This document shows positions 50,195 through 63,389 of a stretch of DNA of 64,000 bases, piece after piece (position 1 is the first letter of the stretch; each line of letters opens with the position of its first letter). The position numbers and the translations under genes are program-made. The notes beneath the pieces were generated by a model that was not told the origin of the DNA, made no database searches, and saw only the letters and a list, made by a program, of their open reading frames with translations. The stretch is from Octopus bimaculoides (Eukaryota). The DNA lies in contig NC_068987.1 of assembly GCF_001194135.2 (NCBI RefSeq), positions 53,267,963 to 53,331,962 of the forward strand. Reading direction: 5' to 3'.

Positions 50195-51131
50195 ATTATA
50201 TTGCAAATCATTAAATAATTTCAATGCAGGTATATTTAGATTAGGCACGCAATTTTATATATTTAAAGAATTATTACATTAGCATTCTTAGGAGATATAA
50301 CTTCGTCCCTTCTCTTCTGCATAATCATTCCTCCATTTTAAGCATTCCTGCACTACAGTTTGTTAACACACATGCAGAAGATTATACTTCTCTTCAAACG
50401 GAAATATTTCATCATCTGCCTGTACCTGTCTATATTATATCTTATAATCAAAAGTTAGTATAAAATACAGTGGATTCGCTTATGTAGAACTCACATTACC
50501 CTTCTCTCTCTTAATTCTCGTGCATATGTTTCAGGGTTTGCCATTAATCAAAATTTCTTCATTCTCCTATCTATTTATAACTGATATAAACCCTGGCTGC
50601 ACTATATATTTTATTTTCTACCTCTTCATACCCAAACCTTAAATATATATACCATCACATCGATTTTATACTGTTTATTCGTACAAACAGCACACGCATC
50701 TTAAAACTGCTGCATGCTCATCCTTACAGTAATTTCGGAACCTCACTTCAGAAAACGACTTTCTTAACAGAATTTATTTTTTATATCTACTTTTGATGGA
50801 AATATCCAAGCTGCAGTCCTATGCCATAACAATCAGAGACAACTAAATAAATAACTCTATCAATCATACTAGGCATAGTATTTTATAGGTCTCACAGAAC
50901 CAAATCCATAATTTTTTAGGTGTCAGGTCGATGGTTCATTTTGTGTCTTGTAATTAGTAACATGAATTACATATCTGAAACATCAAGATTTGAATTGATA
51001 ATGATTTATATTTTAGGAAACCAATGAAAATACAGTGATTCTTGTATTGACGCAGCCCTCATAAATATGTCTCCCGTTCTTGCGGCAATATATTTAAGGA
51101 AGATTTTTTCATGATTTCGGTATTTCTGAGC

Positions 51132-51187
51132 TAATGTATCGTCTGTTCGAATATTTACATAATGTATCGTCTGTTCGAATATTTACA
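51132..51187. repeat. Perfect 28-bp tandem duplication
   Basis: taatgtatcgtctgttcgaatatttaca x2. Confidence 0.95.
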
Positions 51188-53129
51188 CAAATAGAACTCC
51201 TTTTTATAGGTGCTGATTTATTTATGGCACAAGGTGCTCGGGCTTTCAGAATATATAAGTCAGCAGCGTTTATTTTCCGAAACTGCATGCGATCTTTCGG
51301 CAGAAAGCAATCAGCACTGGGTCAAGACTTTTGACATGGTTACATTTGTTCATATTAGAACGACTAACATTGGAAAAGTGGAAGGAAGGAGCTGAAGTGA
51401 CCATTTCATCACTCATTAATGAAACTGGTAACTGTGTTGCTGCAGACAGCAGTGAAAAGTAGGAAACGCTTAACTTAATGGTCAGAGCACTCAGCCGGTA
51501 TATGAAGGTATGGGGTTCCACACCCTGTAGCCGATTGCTGCTCAACTTTTTCTATCTTTCTCTTGTTTTTGCACAACTATATTCCGTTTGAAATCCACTT
51601 TCTTGTCTCTGAAATGTCAATGATTTCAGCACTTCCAAAGTTTGTTTATAAAATGATCTCACATTTGAAAAGCTATTATCTGGCATTAAAATTGTGGGTA
51701 TTCGTCGTCAGAGACAGTTTAGTTTAATGAGTAGGACATTCAGCCAGTATCTGGTGGGTAGTGGGTTCGATTTGCTTGCAGCGTGACTCGCTGGGCGCGT
51801 TTTTCTAAGGGTAAATACCCTAACTTTCTCAGCTGTTTTCACAGCTATACTACGTCTGAAATTGAATTTCTTGTCTGTTATATATATATACATATGTATG
51901 TATGTATATATATATATATATATGACAGACAGGAGAGCACATTATATAAATTAATAACATACAGTAAAATTGTAATATAATAAAGTTTGTGACAGAAGTA
52001 GAAGAAAACAGAAATGAAATGCGAACAAGCAGACGAAATTGAGATGAAAGAGAAACTGAGGGATACGAAAGGGGTTAGTGAACAATCTCACTGTATTCTA
52101 TCGCCTGTAGGTTGTGAAGGCAAGGAACGAAGCATGATCCCTTCTATTTTTAGCGTTCAACTCTAATTTTGGCGTTCTGTTTCCTTGCAGGTATGTATTG
52201 CTATTTATGCAAAGATGCAAATGTGCTTAAAAATACTGATGAAACAACCATCACACAAACAAACATTTGGGAATCTTTCTAAGGAATACCAGCCCATTGG
52301 CACAAAACTATTCACTAACTCTAACCTGCAACATCGAATATGTCACAGACGGGCAGATTTATCCCAGGTTCCCTTTCATCAGTGACAGTGCGTCCGCTTT
52401 TCCAAACCTTTTAATAATAAACCCAGGAATTCCACATGGAGTTCATACATATGTCAGTTTTAGTAGCCTTACTTCTATTTAATCTAATCATGAAGCTACT
52501 ACATTATTCACTTAGTTCAATCATACCTAGTAGAACATCTACCTTCTGGAACGTCTCCGCGTGCCTTTCATAATAAACATCCACTTACAGTGAATTTACA
52601 TGAACATGATGTAAGTAGAATATCTTTGCGTGAGTCTGTTTTCATAAGAACTGACCTTTCAGACAAACCTATAGCAAATGAAGAAAAAGTCACAAGAAAC
52701 AATATTTGTTAGCTTTAAATAATGATGTATATTTTTATTTGCTGTAATATGCATGAGCATACAAAACTTCTGACTGTTTTTGTCTGATTTGCACCAAAAT
52801 AAAAGCACAAGTAATTTAGATATTTAACGATGCCAACATTCTAAATAACAAGCGCAGATTAAATGTGTTTAATTTTCACTATAGCATTTTGCAGACAAGG
52901 AAGAAATACAATAAACTCTCGATGGTTTAGCAGAACATTGAAAATTCACACCAAACATTGTTGGGTAATTCAGTTAGTAATGACTATGCTATATGTTTAT
53001 ATTTTTGTTAAATTAAAATTAATATGCTATGTGGTGTGTCGGAGTAAAGTTGAGATAACAAAAGTGAAATTCTGTTATTCATACTATAACAAATTGAGCA
53101 ATATGCCTGGGTGTGACTTTAAATTGCTT

Positions 53130-53500
53130 CCCGTAGTCGGGTCCTGTTACAGGAGCTCTATGTTTTGAGGAGTGGGAACCCACCTGTCAGTTATTGCTTC
53201 CGGGTCTACTCAGACCAGGACTAGAAGAATCTGCCAGTGTACCAGCTATGACTAAATTAGCAAGTCAGTCAGGCAGACGGAGTTTGTTAATCAGAAGGAC
53301 ACTCAGTCTAGTGGGTGGACAATCTTGATTCCAAACCTCTGTTGTCTTGCTGCCACACCCAACTGTGGCAAATGCTTTGGGAGTACACTCTGAGGAAAAA
53401 TCGGAAGTCAAAGCCACTGAGGTAGTTCGATGTAGTCTACAGTCTCACCTGCAACGGTGTTGACGCCAAATTGTTTCAGCCCTACTGTTCATTTTGATCC
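53130..53500 (+). mobile_element. Probable 5' UTR region of an RTE-type LINE
   Basis: ttgattccaaacctctgttgtcttgctgccacacccaactgtggcaaatgctttgggagtacactctgaggaaaaatcgg resembles a motif recalled from RTE 5' regions; GC-elevated island with no ORF2. Confidence 0.4.
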
Positions 53501-56391
53501 AACAACAACGTGCAGGAGTACCCGCTGCATCAGGAAGTACCTGTCTTTCATACCATACTGCCCAAGTTTGGATCTTATCGAACCCTGTATACCGACGAAA
53601 TAGAAAGGAACAATTCATAGAGCACTGATAAAGTCCACATTTGTGGCTTGTGTGAGAAGACTGCTAATTGTACATCGTACTGTTCAGCCACAAACTACTG
53701 TTCCAGTGGGAGCAACTAGTTGGACCATCATCCATGCTCGTTGTTGACAGACGGAAGCCTCAAAAATATCAAAAATTCATGGCGATTAAAGTGTAAGCTG
53801 AAACTATCTTGATGCACAAGTGTAATTTCCGTTCAAATGCAATTAACGCCTTTACTAGAATTCCTGGTGAGCCTGAATTATAAGTCATCCTCACCACTTC
53901 ACAAATTACATGTTTAGAATGTTTGAAAGCCTCGAAGAATATAACGTTACTGGTAATTCGAGTATATTCATAAATGATTAGAAATCATTAATATGATATA
54001 TGTGTGGGTATGCGCGCGTGCGTGCGTGTGTTGAATGACTTTGAATCTTAAATTATAGGTAATTTGTCTTTCTATAAATTTTATTAGAGATCATTCAAGA
54101 TTTAACTTTGCATTATCGTATTTCCCCAAGCTTTGTAAATATGTTTCTTGTATAAGAACATTGTAACGCACAAACTGCAGATATTAATTATGGTTGATAT
54201 ATTCCTGCGTGCTATATTGTTTCTAAGCATATTAATTCTCGTATTCCTTTAATATTCAAACAAACAACATCTCAAAATATCAAGCATACTGTGGAATTAA
54301 CCGGTGAATGTGGATCTGTATCATCAACCAGGCGACGCCTTTCCAAGTAACTTTGAAGATTCAATTTGATATCAGCGTTAACATTTAACGAGTCCATTAG
54401 AGTAGTGCACCTATGTAGTTATGAACATTTCTCAACTTTATGAATCAAATATTTTCCTTATATTTCTTTAACAAAGTCATTAACACCCCTTCAATTTTGC
54501 ACAGATGATTAGGCATGTAAGGTGATGCACTAATACAGTTATGGGCGCTCATTAAACCGTAGGTGCATGCTTAATGACTTGCAAAATCGCAGAGTAACGA
54601 GAATTTATGAAACAGGCGACGCCCTTCCGGGAAATGCGATATCAGCATCAACATTTGACGCACACATTATAGATATGCGTACCTCTGTGACAATTTCTTT
54701 ACAATATTTCTATGCATTTCGAAGTCAGAAATAAAGGACGGGTAATACCTGTTTCGTTTCTTCAATTCTTTTTCATTTTAGCTCAGTATTCAGCTAGGAG
54801 TAATTTTGGCTGTTAACCGTTTGTGATAAACAAAATATACATAATTGAAAGTTTGTACTCTTGCATTTCTAATATATATTTTACTTTATAATAACCGTAG
54901 GATTATCTATTCAACGTTTAAGAATAGAAAACAGAAAATAGTATTATGATACTAACCGATTAGTAATCTTTTGTTATTTCGCATTTTCATTGTCATCAGC
55001 ATCACAAAGTAAATAAAGCTGATTTAAGGTCTGCCTTTAATTACGAGTGCATACATTCAAAGTTCAACATCAGAACTAATGGGGAGTGCAGAACTGTGAA
55101 CACATGTAAATAATAATCTAAATGATTTTAAGTTTTTATTTTCATGCTAAAACATTGATAATTTTCTTTAAACATCTAAAATTAGTGTGCACTTCCTCAT
55201 TAGTTTGTATATCTCAACAGGGGACGAATAACAGATAGAGCATGGCTACCGGATATAATGATACGTTGATATTATTATAGACGTTCGGACTATAGATTTC
55301 ACCCTTAAAAATAAATTATTTGTTAATATTTACTGATCTGTTTAATGACCAACGGTCACTAGGCGTCTTCATCTCGGATGCCTAGAAAAGGTTTATGACG
55401 TCTCCCTTCCAGAAACGATTCGCATAATTCATCATACCATTCTGTTTCTTAAGAATAACTCTTGATTTTACTCTCAACTCGATATAACTATGTATTTAAT
55501 GACAAACTTCAAATAGGACTGACACCACCTGGATGCAAATCCTGTATCAAATTTCGTCATAAATCATATGAATGACTACGAACATAAATTTAAATTTTAA
55601 CCACTGTCGGAGTGAAGTCAAAAAAAGAGGAAGTCATCCACACCACGGTGAATCAGATGTCCAATGAAATCGCCAACCACGTGAACAATTAAAGATGACT
55701 AAAATTTCAGATTCACAGATGCGTCATAACTACTGTAACAATATATAACTGGTTGAAGGTATTCATGTCACATATTCATTAAATGAACCGTAGGAGCCTG
55801 AAAGACATAGCAATAAAACAAAAAATATTGTACTGGAAAGAATGGTTCATTCTATGCTTATGGAGGGGTCTCAGTGTAATTATACCTCACATTCCAAGTG
55901 ATTAATATTCATCAATTTTTCATATCAGATTTCAATATTCATTCCAGCTACCTATTTAATTGGCACAATAATATTCATCTCCACTACATATAAAATTTGC
56001 ATAATCACCGAACTTTGAGAAATTGGAGAATCTGAATAGTTACTAAAGTACGTAAATCTACATTTACAAAACGGTCTTCTCTCAGAGTTATAAATAATTT
56101 CTTTTATCGCTTTCATTAATCCAATGCGTTATTATTGTGTATTCCTTAAGTACAAAGTATGGAAATTTTCCGCTGACCTACATTTCAAAAACGAATAGTT
56201 GAACTTGATCTACATTTCATAAATATAGATTAAATTCGTTTTCCAATATGTATCAGCTATCGTATAAGGAACAACTTTAACAGAACAGAACTCATATTTC
56301 CAATATTGGCTCTATTTTGATGGTTGTATGTGATTCTCATTTCGTAAAGTTGACATTTCGTGTACATACATACTTATATACATACATACAA

Positions 56392-56515
<124 letters not shown>

Positions 56516-58202
56516 ATAATGCGGGTGTCCGTATCCTAGTGACTAAGGAATTGCACGCATTATCATTAGATTATGCTGTCGATTCCTGGCCTGATCGATG
56601 CGGTTTTTGTTCTTTAGCAAAGCACATCATTCCACGTTATTCCCCTCTACTCCCTTGGCAACAATAAGTAACTCTGCAATGGACTGGCGCTCAGCTCGTT
56701 TAATTTGGAGACATGTTCAAATTAGAATTTGATGAGATGTAACTTGATTTAGTGGAGATAGGTATTTTAATATGGAATCTTATTTAAAATTTGACCGTGT
56801 ATACATTTATATGTCAAGATGTTATTCTAAGTGGAAGCTACTACAAAATATCAGAAATAAATTAGAAGCAGTCCTCAGAAAAAATTGTATGGAATCGACT
56901 TAAGAGTTTCACAACAACTCCACTGCAGCACAAGAATTTTCCTATACGTAGATTGTTTGAAATCAGAATCAGAAATTAATACTCACGCATTTCATTATCA
57001 GACACAAATAAACATTCTTAAGCAGTATATTATTTCATTGCAGATTCTAAATACTATCAATATTCCTTACACGAAGACAATGTTTCAAGTGTTTACGGCC
57101 TGTAAGAACACTGTTCCTTGAAATATTGGAGGTTGTTCTCGCAAAGTAACTGTGATAACTTACCATTTTGTATCATCCTGAAATACGCATATGACTTAGC
57201 ACAGATGACCAATGAATCAAGTACACTCTTACGAAAATAAACAGGTCAAGACATCATTAAAAGTTATAGATTTTGCTGTTAGTATTTAACTATTATTACA
57301 TCTAGTCGTAGAAGGTCAATTATCGTTGCTAAGAGACGAAACTGCAGCATCCCATATACTTTAACATTGCCTGAGTAGGTTTGTTGTTGTTAATTTCAAA
57401 AGCTGACTGTTGCTATTATTGCCCCTCTTGGTTTTCTCGTTTGTCCATTCCAATTCACCATTTTAGGACATTCTTTTTCTCGCAGTTTCTATATCAAGAT
57501 TTGATTTAATGCTGTAATTAGAATCAGCAGTTCTATCATCAATCACAGAATCCAACACATGCAAACATTTCTTGACTTCTGGTTACGTATTATTTCTTCT
57601 CCGCAACTGTATTTCTCTATGCTGCATTCTTTTCTTATGGTAAGCTTTGTTTCTTGTGAAAGTTTAATCTTGTTTTTCATACTAGTATTCCGTCAATATA
57701 TGAAGTGAAGAGACAAAGGTAGGTTTCACTCTTGTTAGGGTTTCTTCATTTTTGTTGATAGAATGCGTTCTATTTTTAAGGTAAATTACTTTTTGAAGTT
57801 TATGGTCCATCATGTTCCCTTCCTGTCGTGAACTGGTAACTTACATTTCAATGGAAATTTCCGATTCAGATTCCTCAAAGAACTATTTAATGTAAACTCT
57901 ACAATATAGGTTGCGGAGTAACTACACTAGATTGATTCGAGCATCAATCAGCAGATCATCTGGGGATCTTTAAATCTGTTATAAGCTATGAGTATTCTTA
58001 TTCTTTGGAGCAGAAGAAAGATTAGGTTCTATATTTGACGTTGCTATAGCAAGCGATTTACAAGATAAAAAGACAAAGATTTGAAGTACAATAGTGCAAG
58101 ACGCTAGGCAAAAATTGGAAAAATATCGTTGCCGTAACGGGATAGCTGTCTTTACATGAGGATTTTATTTAGAAAAGTCAGTACTCAATTGAAGATGTAA
58201 CA

Positions 58203-58217
58203 TGTGTGCGTGTGTGC

Positions 58218-58316
<99 letters not shown>

Positions 58317-58340
58317 TGTGTGTGTGTGCGTGTGTGTGTG
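58203..58340. repeat. Long (GT)n microsatellite
   Basis: Direct reading. Confidence 0.97.
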
Positions 58341-58507
58341 CTACAACTTCAAGTGGGTATATTTATTAGTTATGAGGATTCCGATGAAGCTAGGCACATC
58401 AGCATGTAGTACACTAAAAATAGCGAGATATGATATCATAGAGTTGACAGTGAGGTAAAAAAAAACAATGAAGATATCAAGTGTTAGTATGATAATATAG
58501 ATACATA

Positions 58508-59440
58508 TTAGGTCGTACCATAATTAATGTTCGGATTTCTATATTTTCAATGTCTAATGGCATCAAGTAATGTTTATGTGTATTTGAAAATATTTAAACT
58601 AATTAAAGTTCATTTTTTAGGATAATCTCATTGAAATTTCGCTAGTTATACCACTTGAATCATGGAAGTGCTTAAGAAGCATTTGAGGCACTAATACTCT
58701 ATAATTTCAAAAAAAGAAACTCTGTTGCTGAGGCAGCTCGAAATGTTCACAGAGCTTGTGAAGAAGTGTGCATGAATGAAAGAGCATTCAGAAGATGGTT
58801 TGTAAAACTAAGATTTTCAGCCTTGAAGATGAGACCTAAACAGGACGTCAAATCGAGTTTGATGACAAACTCCTTTTGGCAGAACTTGAAAAAGATCATG
58901 CAGTTTTAGGTGAAGAATTGGCAAGCAAGCTTAATTCAAGCCATATAACCGTTCACCGCCACCTTCAACAGCTTGGAAAGGTCGCAAAGGCCGGAAAATT
59001 GGTGCCTCATGATGTTTCTGAAGCCAACCACACATCTCGAGCAGATATCTGATATTCTCTTCCTTCTTGTGAACTAATCTCGCCCTCTTTGGACGGACTG
59101 GTGACCGGTGATGAAAAATGGGTCTTTTATCAAAATCTTAAACATCGTAGATATTGGCTTGGGAAACGGGAAAAGCCCAACCAGAACTGAAAAGGGAACT
59201 CCATGCAAGGATGTTCTACTCTCTGTTTGGTGTGTTTGCAAAGGATTCATCTTGATTAACCTGCTGCGCTGTCGTGCGCCTATGTCACACGAAACGTTGA
59301 CTACGATCTATTGCCGCATCGCCGTTAGCTTCTACGTTGGCTTCTTGTTCTAACACTCCTATCCATGAGACAAAAATGCCAGAGTACAACATACACGTGA
59401 TCACAAAAACACAAATTTCACAACTTGCGAAGTAAACCCA
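58508..59440 (+). mobile_element. Mariner (DD34D-type) transposase pseudogene with left TIR
   Basis: TA|ttaggtcgtaccataattaatgttcgg TIR-like start; ATG at 58662; LYNFKK, FRRWF, GRQIEFDD, VHRHLQQLGK...LVPHDVS, LVTGDEKWVFY, VLLSVW; truncated before the third catalytic D. Confidence 0.88.
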
Positions 59441-59444
59441 GAGA

Positions 59445-59557
59445 TGTCCCTCGGCACACTAGTTCATGAAGGTCACTGTTAGCTGTCGGTGCGCATTTAA
59501 TCGTGTGCTATCTGTTGGCGCGCTACAGAATTAGTCCGGGAACGTTTTTATACTGCC

Positions 59558-59560
<3 letters not shown>
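59445..59560 (-). mobile_element. Terminus of a second mariner-like element
   Basis: Minus strand TA|cagggcagtataaaaacgttcccggact is a mariner-type TIR different from the one at 58508; abuts a (TA)n array. Confidence 0.55.
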
Positions 59561-59628
<68 letters not shown>

Positions 59629-60149
59629 TATATATATATACATACGGGCATATAGACACATACATAAAATGTATGGAGACATAAAACAATGAATATATAT
59701 AAAGTAAGCGCAGATGATTGCATATTGGTTAGCAAGTCATACACTCGACTATTAAAGATTTCATTTACTATCGAATATATGAGTTGCAAACAAATATAAT
59801 GAGAATACGTAACCATGAGGCCAATGACAGACTGTGAGATATTGTTTTGATAATATGTAAACGAGACGAGTATCCTGAAATACTTTACTAGGTATGTTTA
59901 AGAAGGTATCTAAGAAGTTAATTAAAAGTAGTAACTATTCGACGCATATTAGATAACTGGTGTAAAATATGGAAATAAATATTTTCCAAAAGTGTTGCGG
60001 GCATTTCATCCTATGTTAACTAGATTTGTTAAGGGTATTATTTAAACATATAAGTATTTCAAATAATTCAGCGCTGCCACGCCTACTACCATACCTATCA
60101 TTTGTGTAGAGTAATGCATCTTTTATTATGATCAAGGTAGTTTGGAAAC

Positions 60150-60600
60150 CAATTTTTGTCTTAATTCCGAAACATTTTCTTCCGCAAATGATGTAACCTC
60201 ATCTTTATTACTTATTAAAAGTATTAGAATGATTTGAACCTTTGTTTAAATTCGTTACAATTTTAACCGGTGTGTGTGAATTTTGTTAGATTAGTTATAG
60301 CATTACATCTATTAAGAATATTTTTAGAGAAGCTTAATTTGTTGAAAGGGCATAGATGCTTGTTTTTACAGTTACATAATTTAGGTGATTTATGTACATT
60401 AGTATCAGTGGATCTCACTGAGTGTGAATTATCGTTAGATTCGATTGAATTATTCACATTATCCAGGGTTACGTGAAAGTCAGCGGGCATGTTATTAGTA
60501 ATGCAGGTACCTGTATTATTAACGGTCACATAATCATTATTTATATTAGATTTGGATGTTGTGGATGTTACCACGTTTGGTTTCACCATTATCACCATTA
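60150..60600 (-). mobile_element. Penelope-like remnant: low-complexity linker, Cys motif and GIY-YIG start
   Basis: CNCKNKHLCPFNKLSFSKNILNRCNAIT...HTG / NEFKQRFKS. Confidence 0.65.
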
Positions 60601-60779
60601 TTATTATTGCTGCTACTAGGACCAGTAGTATTGCTACGTATAAAGTAATGTAATTTTAGTTTGAAGTTGTAGGCTGGCAAATATTAACATGACTATTACT
60701 GTTGGTTGCTTAACTGCCAGTCATCAGTATTAATGTGGGGTATGACTTAGTAATTACTACTACTTTGTAGATATCAACT

Positions 60780-60870
60780 ACCACCACCATCAGCATCATG
60801 ATTATTATTGTTGTTATTGTTGTTATTGTTTTTGTGGTTGTTATTATTATTGTTATTATTATTAATCAAT
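60780..60870. repeat. (ATT/GTT)n trinucleotide tract
   Basis: Direct reading. Confidence 0.85.
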
Positions 60871-61199
60871 AAGAAATGTGTGATGGGATTTGCAATAAAT
60901 ACAAATTGATTCTGTTTATTGAATTGAATGAGTGAACAATATTTGTCTGTCTTCCTGGGTTCAAAATGTAAAATGAATAGAACGTAGCAATTCAGAAATT
61001 CAAAATATGTGTTCCTTTTTAGCCAAACTTTTGATACATTATCATAGAATTAAATATTCGCTCTTTGGTGGCATTGGTCCTCTTCAATAGAAAAGAGAAG
61101 ATTATCATTCTGTAAATGCAAAGACTTCAGAAACAAAACACGTCAGGTCAATGCTTAGAATTACTCATTTAAACTGATCATCGGGCCATAGAGACGATA

Positions 61200-63032
61200 T
61201 CAGAGGTAATCAATCAACTAGATTATCTGGTCTATATGTGGTTTTTGAGGACAGAAAACCGAGGTGTCACTTATGTGGCGAAACAAATCAGCTAAAGGCT
61301 TTTTGCCAAAAACAAACAAAAGAATAAAAGTAACAAGTCCACCAATTCTGCCAACTCCAGTATCATTCCAACAGCAATGCAATAGACACCAGGAGCCACC
61401 GCAACGACAGAATGCAGCTACAGCAAGAACAGTAACTGCAACACTGATTTCAGCAGGCACCAAATCAACAACATCAATGTCACAAAACCACCGACGTTGG
61501 AAGCAGCAGCAACAAAAACGATAAAAGAAACGTAACCAACAATATCAACAACTGAAAATCCCCAATCTATAACCGTAAGACAAAATAGGAATGACCACCA
61601 AGACATTCCCGCCCCTTCCCCGTTGACATGTTGTGTGGTGAAGTTGACTAGGAAGAATGGCAACAGGTAAAGAACAAAATAGTAAAAAAAAGAGCAAATC
61701 TCACCAACACAAAACCGGGGAGACCCAAACGGACAACCTCTGAACAACATACTAGCACTACATCCAACAACAACTACGCTACCAACACCACCATCACCAT
61801 TACAATTAGTACCAACATAGACACAACCAACAGCATAAACACCGGCAAATACTATCATGATCACATATCGAAAACAACAAAAACGTCGCAAATTTTGCTG
61901 CCATAAACCCCCAAAACAAAGCATTAATTGAACACAGACACAATCTCAGACATCACTCAGAGTGATTTCATTACAGCAACAAACAATACATCAAATTAAA
62001 TAAGCATAATACAAATAACGTAAAAAACATACACAATAAAAATTAAATACCCTGATGAGGAAGAGAATTTTAGAAAAAACATTAAGAAAGTTTATCATAA
62101 AGAACGGCTCGTGGAAACACTTCCCTCTAACCAGAGGGACGGGACATCTATCACTTTCATTACACACTCACTGAAAATAGCTCTTTCCTCTAATCCTTCT
62201 TTCTCACAGCTTAAAATGGCCTCACTCAGAATAAGTAGTATAAATGCACGTGGCCTGGTGTCATGCTGGAAACAAGGCCACATCACGGTGACTTCAATTC
62301 ACTGTAGATGTCACGGCTGTAAGTGAGACCATACTCTCCAGTCGACAAGTATTCATGCCCATTTTCGGTTGATACGAGATTTACTTATCTCCATGTCAAT
62401 CCAGAAATGGGGGAGGGTGTGGAAATGTTGTGTTTTTTAGGAAAGGTCTTGATCACAAGATAAGGGCCACCTTCCTGGACCCAGAAGATAAGTTGATGGG
62501 CCTGGATATGAACAGTAAAGATAGGGGTGCTTTCAGACTGGTGGCTTTTATTCTCCAACAGGAGCAAAAGAACCGGTGTTTTTATTTTCAGTTTTCTCGA
62601 GGTTTTCTGAGAACGCCTCGACTGGATTTCTGATGTGTTCCGACTGGATTTCCCGAATGTACCAGTTTGGGGATGGATAAACAGCATCTGGTCATCAAGG
62701 TCGTATTTACATACTTTAGCATGACGAATTTAGTTAGCAGCCTCTTGGCAAATGTATACCGCAAGTAGCAATAGAACGGTAGAATTCCTAATACTATGAG
62801 TCGAGGAGCGGTGATATCGTTAAGAAAGAAACCAAATAAGAGGGATAAAATTGAAAACTTTAGGACCATAATGCTGTTGAATACAGTTTACAGATGTTAG
62901 AAAAGGGGTGGTACAAAACCTTTGGAAACCTCTGCAGATGTTTATAAGTATGTATCCTGTTCTGATTAGATTACCCGAATGTGTCAATTTGGGAATGGAC
63001 GAAGTGAATCTAGTCATCAAGATCGTATTTAG
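61200..63032 (+). mobile_element. L1/Tx1-like LINE remnant: A/C-rich ORF1 end, ORF2 endonuclease start, short RT fragment; internally deleted and rearranged
   Basis: ORF2 start at 62216 MASLRISSINARGL (APE motif I), DVTAVSET, FLDPEDKLMGLD...AFRLVAF; then GRIPNTMSRGAVISLRKKPNKRDKIENFRTIMLLNT (RT subdomain 1). Confidence 0.75.
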
Positions 63033-63389
63033 ATAGAGTAAACTGTAGACCAGTAGATGAGAATATGAATTTTCGACTTTTAAAATCGTCAGCTACACAG
63101 ATCACATATGTGTGATCTGCACGGTCGAGCATGAACGGCCTTCTAGACAGTCAACCGGCTACTGGAAGATGAACCCGTCACTCGCGGCGTTAGAGAGATC
63201 AGATTAGGGTATTAGTTAAGCGGGCACTGACGGGGTAGAGTAGCATCTACTAGGTTTAATAAGGTTTTAGAAATAGAAAGAAACAGAACAGATGAAAACT
63301 TAGAAACTTAGAAGAAAAAAAATCGCAACACAGACGCAATTCGGTCTTCGGTGGACCAAAAGAGGTGCTCGGAACTCGATCTCGAGATG

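Noticed and set aside
62051-62120. CTGATGAGG near 62052 as a hammerhead
   Set aside because: Lies in LINE ORF1-like coding sequence (YPDEE); no closing stem II.
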